A DNA stretch of 63,660 nucleotides, the filler included, from Pirum gemmata (taxonomy: Eukaryota): the NCBI GenBank assembly GCA_002812295.1. It is 29 parts of 29 records of this genome, joined end to end, with 100 filler letters (N's around TTAATTAATTAA, not from the genome) between each part and the next. Parts side by side here need not be neighbours in the genome. Positions count along the whole stretch, not along the records: positions 53,938 to 55,776 come from PDIN01010709.1; positions 55,877 to 57,752 come from PDIN01010710.1; positions 57,853 to 59,728 come from PDIN01010711.1; positions 59,829 to 61,685 come from PDIN01010713.1; positions 61,786 to 63,660 come from PDIN01010714.1; 24 more parts are not named here. The stretch is one strand, 5' to 3'. The position numbers and the translations under genes were made by a program. Of the stretch, positions 54,168 through 63,660 are shown piece by piece (the stretch's first letter is position 1; each line of letters opens with the position of its first letter). The notes beneath the pieces were generated by a model. It was not told the DNA's origin. It ran no database searches and saw only the letters and a list, made by a program, of their open reading frames with translations.

Positions 54168-54570
54168 TACTACTTCTTCTACTGCTACTACTATTGCTAC
54201 TACTACTATTTCCGCTACCGCTACAATACTGCAACAAAACTTTAATGTGCTGTATTATACACTCTTTTATAAGTACTACTACTACTACTACTAGTACTAC
54301 TAGTACTTCTACTACTACTACTAACTACTAACTATTATACGGGTATTATATAAATTAATATTACCAATAATGTTTGTATTTGTGTTGTAACACCTATGTT
54401 TCTGGCTGGAATGACTTTAAGGCTGGAATTTATACTTTCTACTACGAACTACTAACTACTAACTACTTTAACCTAACCCTACGCTAACCCTAACTCCAAC
54501 CCTTACCGTAACCCTACTGCTACTTCTAACTACTAACTACTAGCTACTTTATTATATTATTTAATAATAC

Positions 54571-55402
54571 CTAATAATGTTTCTATTTGTGCTCCAACTC
54601 CTGAGCTTCTGCTTAGGCTGACGGCAAGGCTGGAATGTATACTTTCTTGTTCCATAAGATGAACTAAAGATTGGTCGAATAGTAATATCATGTGTTGAAC
54701 TTTTTTAACAAACTCCTGGATCGAGTTATAAAATTGCGGTTCTTTATCGAGTGTATGGAATCGGTATTGGTAGGGGCGAGTTTTATCTTCGTCATCCATC
54801 TGGTTATACATAGTTATGAGTAAATAAATTGTCAGTTAATTGTTTGAAACTGACCCTAACCCCTTACCCCTAACCTTAACCATAACCTTGACCTCTAACC
54901 CTAACCCTAACCCTAACCCCTAACCCTAACCTATAGTTAATGGAAAAGGGAACCTAACCCTAACCTAACCCTAAACCCTAACCCTAACCCTAACCCTAAC
55001 CCTAACCCTAATTACAACCTATATAGTTAATGAAAAAGGAAAATGGAAAGAAAAAAAGGTTTAAAAAAAGAATATTGTTCAAGCTTATTGTTTTTGGTGG
55101 TGTTTGGGTGTAGGGTTAGGGGTTAGGGGTTAGGGTTAGGGGGTTGGGGTTAGGGTTAGGGGGGGTAGGGTTAAGGTTAAGGGGTTAGGGTAAAGGTTAG
55201 GGGTTAGGGTTAACCAACCAGTTTCAATTGTGTTTTTTTCATCAGTGCAAAAACATTTATTACACTTTTCATTTTTGACAAAGTAGTAACGTAATCTCTA
55301 AATTGAGTTAAAGCACTTAAAAAGCTTCCAAACTGATTCAAAGTTTTATCCATAAGAAGTTTACATTCCCCAACAACGGCCTTACCATCCGAGTTCCTTA
55401 TA

Positions 55403-55438
<36 letters not shown>

Positions 55439-55662
55439 GCTATAAAACTACAAAACAAAGAATTACATATGAAACTAAACTTGAATATTTGAACCCTAAC
55501 CCTAACCCTAACCCTAACCCTAACCCCGTCTAGGGAAAATTTTAATACATACCATTGCAAACTCTGAAGGCCAAACCCTACTGGGCAATTCTTTATTTCT
55601 AGTGGGTCTGTTTTTGTATCTATTGTTTTAATGGTTTCTCCTTGGAATTCTATATGTAACAA
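54571..55662 (-). CDS. Unknown protein; exons about 55662-55553, 55396-55219, 54799-54571
   Basis: Three high-complexity ORF segments splice in phase across TTAGGG-filled introns; no family recognised. Confidence 0.7.
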
Positions 55663-56139
55663 TTATATTTATATTTATATATATTATGTATCAAGTATTA
55701 ATATATAAATATAAAAATAATTATAAAAATAAATAAAAAAATAAATATAAAAATAAATATAAAAATAAATATAAAANNNNNNNNNNNNNNNNNNNNNNNN
55801 NNNNNNNNNNNNNNNNNNNNTTAATTAATTAANNNNNNNNNNNNNNNNNNNNNNNNNNNNNNNNNNNNNNNNNNNNAAATACCCTATATATAACATGAGG
55901 GGTAATTTAGGGTACTATTTTTTCCAAATCGTTACGTCATAAGGGGTAGGTAGTCCGACAGGGCTATGGGGGTAGTAGGGTAGGTTTTTGTCCCAAATCG
56001 GCGTTATGTAATTATTGAACGCTCCCTTATGATGTATAATCATCAATTTGTAATTATAAATACAACTAAAACAACTCTAAAACGTTTTCTAAAACAATCC
56101 ATTATTACTACTTCATACTTATAGTATTACAGAATTCTC

Positions 56140-56319
56140 GTGCTTTTCATTTATTTTGTCACTCTGAACATTTATTTGGAGGGTTATAAACTTTAAATTG
56201 ACATTTTTAAATCAATACATAGATAATAAAATATACCAAATTAAATTAAATGGATTTATATTGTATTAATTTGGTACTATTTATTGTATATTTTATGATG
56301 ACAAAACAACTGAAAACAC
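56140..56319. mobile_element. MITE family A reference copy (about 180 bp, 22-bp TIR GTGCTTTTCAKTTRTTTTGTCA)
   Basis: TIRs and at least 8 dispersed copies or fragments in this window. Confidence 0.82.
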
Positions 56320-58470
56320 TATAATCTAAGTGCTACTAGACTATCATGGATGACTTTTTAAAAGCCTATAGCTATGTATCGGTGAGGAGGGGTGACACCT
56401 ATAATATAAGTAAATGTCCCTTAAATTGGCACTGATTCCTTTACGGCTTCCCAATTTTAAGTAAATTGTAAACCATAAATAGTAAAATAATTTTCTTTTT
56501 TGGAACAGTCTTAATATAGTAACTTAAGTTACTTTTAATAGTTTACCTTTCACTATATATAGTAAACCGCAACCGCAGCGGAAAATGAAAATTTCAGAGT
56601 CATAGTCTACTGGAGGGGTGTCACCCTTCCTTATCGTGTATGATTCAAGCGAGAAAAAACTCCTTTTCAAAAAAGATCGAGATCCTAAAAGTGACAGCTC
56701 TTGCTCCTCCATTTTTATCCAATTGTCAACTCCCTTAGATACGCGACATTCGGGAAATTGGGGGTTGAGTTAGTGTTGAGTTTCTTCTGATTGTTATAGA
56801 CAAAACAATTGGCGGAGCTTGATGTGAAGTTTTGTAAAAGAGCGGTCCCAGGAAATACGTCCTAGGAAAAATGTTGAACATTACCAAATTTGGTTATATT
56901 TTAAGTTTGTGGTTGCCTAAATGATTTTGAAATTGTCTGAGTCACTTTACTTCGGGTGACACCCACAGTGACCCACTAAACCTAGACTGTGTGTATTTAT
57001 GTGTGCTCAAGGCTGGAAGAGTGCCCTCTTTAATGCCTTGGAGGATTGGTGAATCAATGGTGATGGTGATGGTGATGGTAGGGCTTTAGGCCAATGAAAG
57101 GACTTCATTTGTTTTTTTTTTCCCTTCAACAGAAAAAAACCCAAAACCTGAAATTATATGATATCATATAAGAAAAAAACGGTTTCGGGCTCAGGTCACT
57201 CTTTTTTGCCTAAGGAATCATTCATAATAAAGAACGTCACCTAATCTTACCTATGCCTCTTTGTCCAAAACACTTTTGGTCATAATTTTAAAGTTCATTA
57301 AAACAGTTTAAGTCACACTTTCGAACAATGACTTTTATCAAAGAATAAGTGACGTCCGATGCCTTTTGATTTTAAAGTGCCACCCCTCCTCGAATCCCGT
57401 TTGGTTAGCCTCGATATTAAGCCAGATTAAGTCTCCAGACCCGAATATAAGTTATATAACCCTAGTCAATCTCCCCGAGAAACTTGTAGTTTACACTGGT
57501 AGACTAATATTAGTATCATTTTTAATACAGTAATAGTAATAGTAATAGTAATATTAATATTAATAGTAATATTAACGTTAACATTAATAATATTATTAGT
57601 ATTATTAGTATCAGTATTAGTAATAGTAATAGTGATGGTAATCGTAATAGTAATAGTAATAGTAATGGTAATAACAATGGTAATTAATATTAATAGTAAT
57701 GGTAATAGTAATAACGTTAACAATAACAATATTAATAGTAAAAAAAAAAAAANNNNNNNNNNNNNNNNNNNNNNNNNNNNNNNNNNNNNNNNNNNNTTAA
57801 TTAATTAANNNNNNNNNNNNNNNNNNNNNNNNNNNNNNNNNNNNNNNNNNNNTTATTATTATTATTATTATGAACATAATTACAATCATAATAATCAGAA
57901 TCTTAATCATGATAGTGACAATAACAACAATCATTGAAATGATAATAATAACAAATAACCAGCACTAAAAATAAAATTTCATTTACTCATTATTATAATA
58001 TTGTCATGATAATAACCAAACACATAATATCAAAAAGTCATACACATATTACAATATTGTAAAACATGATTTATTTCTTGTGATATACACAAAAGTGAAA
58101 GTCAACGTTCAACCCCAGATACAAGCTATCGCTGAAAAAACTACGATACAAACCACCGAACCAAGAATCATCATCATAATTTCAGTATCTACTTCCAAAC
58201 CAAGCTTAAAGGAGTAAAAAAATAGAAACAATTGAAAAATAACATGTTAATATACTTATTATTCACAACAATGATTATAATAATAATAATAATAATGTCA
58301 TTAAACACATACCTGGTACAATGGTGAGCCCTTAGCCAATCAGTGTAAACCCACTATTCAATACTAGTTTGTTAAAATCTCTCACAACACTTAACCCAAA
58401 CAATTAATTAACACCCAATGCCATTAACGCACTAATAAAAACAAAATATCTTTGCTATGAAAACACTTAC

Positions 58471-58661
58471 CTTTTTGTTGATTACCCCGGCTATGAATTG
58501 CTTCTGTTCTTCCCAGAGTGAAGGTTTGCTAGGGCACTTTTTCTTCAAAACCTTTTTGTATCCGCCATCAATAAACTTCAAATAGCTCTGTTTGTGTGCC
58601 AGGCAATGTAAATTAAAATTTTATATCCAGCAAAAAAATAGCCACAATAAACTATCAACAA

Positions 58662-58699
<38 letters not shown>

Positions 58700-59561
58700 T
58701 AATAACAATAATAATTTTCGGTAGTTAATTTCAAACTAACACAACAACCAACCAACCAACAACCAACCAACCAACCAACCAACCAATTAAATAAACAATA
58801 AAACAACCAAACAACAAATAACAAACAACAAACAACAATCAAAATAAATACTATTACCTAAAGTAAGGATTTGTAATCCAAAAATTATTTCAGCACACTC
58901 AAACAACCCAAACAACCAAACAACAAACAGCATACAGCAACCAACCAACAACCAACTAACCAACCAACCAACCAACCAACCAACCAAATAAAACAACAAA
59001 TAAACAAACAACAAACAACCAAACAACGAACAACCAAACAACAATCAAAGAAAATACAATTACCTAAAGTATGGATTTGTAATCCAAAAAACATTTCAAC
59101 ACACTCAAAATTTTCGACAGTTAATTTTAAACAAACATTCAAAACAAATAACTCAAACAACCAAACAACAAACAACAACCAACCAACCAACCAACAACCA
59201 ACCAACAACCAACCAACCACCCAACCAAACAACAATCAGCAAACAACAAACAACAATCAAAGTAAATACAATTACCTAAAGTATGGATTTGTAATCCAAA
59301 AAACATTTCAGCACACTCAAAATTTTCGGTTGTTAATTTTAGAATTTCTTTAAAATCTACAGTGAGCACGTGCTTAAGTTGAGGATGTGAAGCTATAATA
59401 ACATTAGAACTAGCATACAACCAAGTCTCAAACCATTGGGTTTCACTAATAGAGACTAACGCAATACCTTCTTTAACTATGTTTTTCACATTTATTTTAT
59501 AATCCTAACAAAGTATTTAATTATTATTATTATCAACAACAAAAACATCATCATTATCATC

Positions 59562-59630
<69 letters not shown>

Positions 59631-59728
59631 TTTTGGTTAAACTTTTCAAGTAAATTTGGAATTTCATACTTTTCTCCTAGAAACTTTGGGAAATACGATG
59701 AGTGATTATATTCCATTTTTTCAAATGA
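58471..59728 (-). CDS. Unknown multi-exon protein; exons about 59728-59630, 59490-59276, 58588-58471
   Basis: High-complexity open frames ending in GT donors; some phases unresolved. Confidence 0.5.
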
Positions 59729-59839
59729 NNNNNNNNNNNNNNNNNNNNNNNNNNNNNNNNNNNNNNNNNNNNTTAATTAATTAANNNNNNNNNNNNNNNN
59801 NNNNNNNNNNNNNNNNNNNNNNNNNNNNTATAATAACAT

Positions 59840-60041
59840 TAAGGAACATTCATAATCTGGGATGACTTAAATTAATTAGTGAAGAGGGGGTGAGTGCAGA
59901 GGGAAGTGACGTCACGATATATATATAACATCATTAACCATAAAATGAGATGACTTAAATTAATTAGTAAAGGGGTGGGGGTGGAGGAAAGTGACGTCAC
60001 CATACATACAAACACAAACACACACACATACACATACACAT

Positions 60042-60075
<34 letters not shown>

Positions 60076-60323
60076 GTATATGTATATGTATTCGTATTTA
60101 ATAATGCTCATATCCTGATTATCAGGATTAGGATTAGGGTCAGGGTCAGGGTCAGGGTAAGGGTTAGAGTTTAGGTTTAGGGTTAAGGTTAAGGTTAAGG
60201 TTAAGATTAGGGTTAAGGTTAGGGTTAAGGTTAAGGTTAAAGTTAAGGTTAAAGTTAAGGTTAGGGTTAGGGTTAGGGTTAGGGTGATGTCACCCCCCCC
60301 CCCAGTTTATGAACGCTCCGTAA
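59840..60323. mobile_element. Degenerate Harbinger-like MITE with TAA flanks, interior filled with microsatellite and TTAGGG
   Basis: GGAACATTCATAATCTGGG and CCCAGTTTATGAACGCTCC are imperfect inverted termini; similar ends at 13692 and 57210. Confidence 0.5.
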
Positions 60324-60482
60324 TATATAAATATCAAGAACTCTAACGCTAACGCTAATCCTAATCCTAACGCTAACCCTAACCTTAACCCTAACCTTAA
60401 CCCTAAACTTAACCCTAACTCTTAACCCTAATCCCAACCCTAACCCTAATCAATAATTGTTGTGTTTGTAAATATACTATAC

Positions 60483-61260
60483 CTAAAATAATGTCAGCAC
60501 CACTGTTATCCACAAAAAGAACCGCTTTTTTGTACGGTATGCCTATATAATATTAAATAAGAATAATTAATCAGCTTCTTTCGTTTATTAGAGTCGGGGT
60601 TAGCGTTAGGAATAGGGTTAGTTGTGGTTAGTTACCGGTTAGATACCGGTTAGAATCAGGGAGAATTTAAGGGGTTTGAAGGTCAAGGTTATTATAATTA
60701 TTGACCAACTTCTCCGTTTATAAAAAGTTAAGTGTTTGCGTTAACTTCATTATTAAAATAAGGTTAGGGTTCCACTTTGGCTTAAGGTTAGAGTTAGGGT
60801 TAAGGTTAGAGTTAAGGTCAAGGTGAAGGTCGGGGTTAGGGTTAAGATTAGAGTTAAGGTCAAGGTAAAGGTCAGGGTTAGGGTTAGGGTAAGGGTTACA
60901 AGGTTAAAATTTGGGTTAAGATTGCTCTTAATTTTGATGTAAGACTGTTGGTTAGGATTAGAATAAAGATTAGGGTTAGGATTAAGATTAAGATTAGGTG
61001 TCAGGGTTAGGGTTAGGGTTAGGGTTAGGGTTAGGGTTAGGGTTAGGGTTAGGGTTAGGGTTAGGGTCAGGGTTAGAGGTTAAGGGTTAGGGTCAGGGTT
61101 AGAGATTAGGGTTAAAACTTAGGGTTAGATAAAAGTTTAATCAAGAAAGTATAGAAAGACCAGATAGATTGTTACCATTTTTTATCCTTTCCAACCATTT
61201 ATCGACTGAATTAATAAACCATGGAGTTTGAAGTTTCGATCTTGCCCCATTAAAATCGAG
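60483..61260 (-). CDS. PANK4: DUF89 damage-control phosphatase, PANK4 C-terminal type; exons 61260-61176 and 60542-60483
   Basis: ARSKLQTPWFINSVDKWLERIKNG-IPYKKAVLFVDNSGADIILG. Confidence 0.82.
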
Positions 61261-61860
61261 CTGTCCATTAACCATTAACTAATTAATATATAAAAGAGAT
61301 CGTTCGAAAATAAAAAAGATAAATTTTTTGTATTAAGGAATATAATTAAATAATTTTTTTGTTTTTTAAGATTAGGCTTGGGCTTAGGCTTAGGCTTAGG
61401 CTTAGATTTAGGCTTGGGTTCGGGTTGGGGTTGGGGTCGGGATTACGCTTACGCTTACGGTGGCAGGGTTGACAATGGGGTCAGGGTCAGGGTCAGGGTT
61501 AAGGTTTAGGGTCAGAGTTAGAGTTTAGGGTTGAGGTTGAGGTTGGATTTAGGTTAAGATTAGAGTTAGAATTTGGGGTTAGGTTTAGAATTTGGGATAA
61601 GGGTTAGTGTTTAGGGTTAGGATTAGTGTTGGGGTTTAGGGTTATGGCTATGGCTATGGCTATGGTTATGGTTATTGTTATTGTTNNNNNNNNNNNNNNN
61701 NNNNNNNNNNNNNNNNNNNNNNNNNNNNNTTAATTAATTAANNNNNNNNNNNNNNNNNNNNNNNNNNNNNNNNNNNNNNNNNNNNATATATATATGTATA
61801 TATAAAATTTTGGTGCCCTTTTTCGCCATTGTTACTAAATATGTTTTATCGATATAAAAG

Positions 61861-62424
61861 AGTTAATAATCTTTCTAATGGCAAGGAGCAACCGTTTTAT
61901 AATATCTTGGTAGACAATAGAGATCGTGGTCCTGACCAAACCACTTACGTTGCTGAAGAAAATATAATTATGGTGGAATGTACTCAAGACGATCGAATAA
62001 TTCTTTGCTCTTGTGTTATCAGACTTGACAGCTGTGTTGGTTGCAAAATCAAAGAAAACATGATTCAGCATAAAAAAATTGGTATCGTAATATATATAGT
62101 ATGAACCCTAACTAGCTCTAACGCTAACTCTAATTTATCATTCTATTAACACTTCCAGAATTATGTTGGACAATAACAAAAAAAAAAACAAAAAAAAAGG
62201 AAATACACAATAAAATTGATGCCTTAACTGCTTTGTAGTGATTTTTTAGAACCTATTCACAAGTTCACGCTTTGCTTTTTTTTTTTTAAGAAACAGGAAT
62301 TTTAATCTCACTCACCTAAACCAATTTATTTTTTTTTGCAGGTATTTTTTTTGATTATTTTGATTTTAAAACAAGCAAGTATGCTGTCACTGGATTTCAC
62401 CATAAGAAATATCCAGATTTGTAG
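61861..62424 (+). CDS. YccV/HspQ-like domain protein, last two exons (61861-62081, 62342-62424)
   Basis: QPFYNILVDNRDR..QTTYVAEENI...IQHKKIG|IFFDYFD...KY......KKYPDL*. Confidence 0.82.
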
Positions 62425-63660
62425 ATTTGTTAATAACGAATGCTTCCCTTGTACTGACACATTATTGTTTGTTTGGAATCGAAACATCGAAAAGCTTGTA
62501 GAAAAAACTGGAAATAGTTCTTGATTTGAACTATTTTTTGTAAATGTTTTCAAAAAATAACAAAAAGTAAATAATGATGGTAATGATGGTCTTGATCAAA
62601 GCTTGCTTATATGTGTTAGATTATGCACTCTATTTTACTATTATTGGTGTATCTTAGTGCATCTTGGTGCTTGCTGTATTTGAAATGCGATCATCGTTGT
62701 GGCTGTGACCCGATTGTCATTGCTGATACTACTGTATTGATGATTGTTTTTTTTTTTTGACGAGAGTGTGTTATTGAGAATTTTTATAATAATGAAACAC
62801 ATTGGCATACTAACCTACTATACATAGTCTTGTCGCCTTCTGATGTTTTCTGAGCAGGGTTGCACTGGTTCTGTTGTGTTGTACTTGTTTGTTATTTTTT
62901 GTTATGTTTTTAGAGGTTTCTGGGTCACCATGCATTCTTTTAATTTAATAACGTTGTGCTTTGCCTGCCACACTGGTTTTTACTATTTTAATTTAAGCAT
63001 AATTTTTGTGATAATCAGTGGTCTAAAGAAAATATTTTCTCTGGAAGGAGGTTGTCTAAGGGTTAATTTAATTGAGAATATTTTTATTGATACCGCTATT
63101 ATGCTAGTAGCCAAGAGGGGCAAAGTGAACCCTGCCTCGCCATAAGAATTTGAATATTTGATAGTTCTTTTATCTATTTTACCGATGCAGAGGGTTAATA
63201 TATATTTATATATATTTAAAAAAAAAAACTGATCATATGTTAGCCCCGAAAAAGCAAATATGCGAATCGAAAAACCCTGACTGTCAAGAAAAATAATCTG
63301 CAACAAAATTTTATAAACAAAAAATATTTAGATATAAACCTCAAAATAATTGAATACCAAAATAATTGTTGAAACCAGACTAAGAGGGTCAGTGACGTAA
63401 TCACTAAACGAAATAAAGAATCATCTTTTACTTTCACAATTCTTATTTCACATTTATTTTATACATCCTAACAATAACAAGATCTTCGTATAGCAGCACG
63501 TAATAAAAGGCTATATATGGCGCAACACATAAAATAAATAGTCTCCAAATCAACTTATATATTTCTTTTTTTTTTTTTTTTTTTTTAGTATATATATATT
63601 ATTAGAATAAAGTGTAAAATAAATGATAAGTAAATATTGTAAAAATTGTTTTGTAAAATT

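Overview
This is AT-rich, intron-rich eukaryotic DNA, not one continuous locus. It is 29 short scaffolds (about 1.8-3.9 kb each) joined by 28 artificial 100-nt spacers (N44-TTAATTAATTAA-N44), so gene order across spacers is meaningless. Most ORF-track entries are microsatellite noise. Manual splicing recovers fragments of recognisable genes: a tandem C1-domain protein, ABCD4-like transporter, PLAT-domain protein, PRMT1-like methyltransferase, DUSP, cold-shock protein, MPST-type rhodanese, PHR-domain protein, GATA factor, FAD monooxygenase, selenoprotein T with an in-frame UGA, BBE-type oxidase, Rpn2, eL37, DH-BAR RhoGEF, PANK4-type DUF89 phosphatase and a YccV-domain protein. Introns are full of microsatellites and TTAGGG-derived arrays. 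At least four MITE-like families recur, often bordered by CTAG-rich filler DNA. Gene content suggests an opisthokont, possibly a unicellular holozoan, but this is inference only. The most notable items are the Sec-UGA, a candidate GA-AG intron with relaxed splice sites, CTAG filler at transposon junctions, recurrent duplication of gene and exon 3' ends, and a cryptic Cys-rich secreted peptide gene. All assignments come from recalled motifs; no searches were run.
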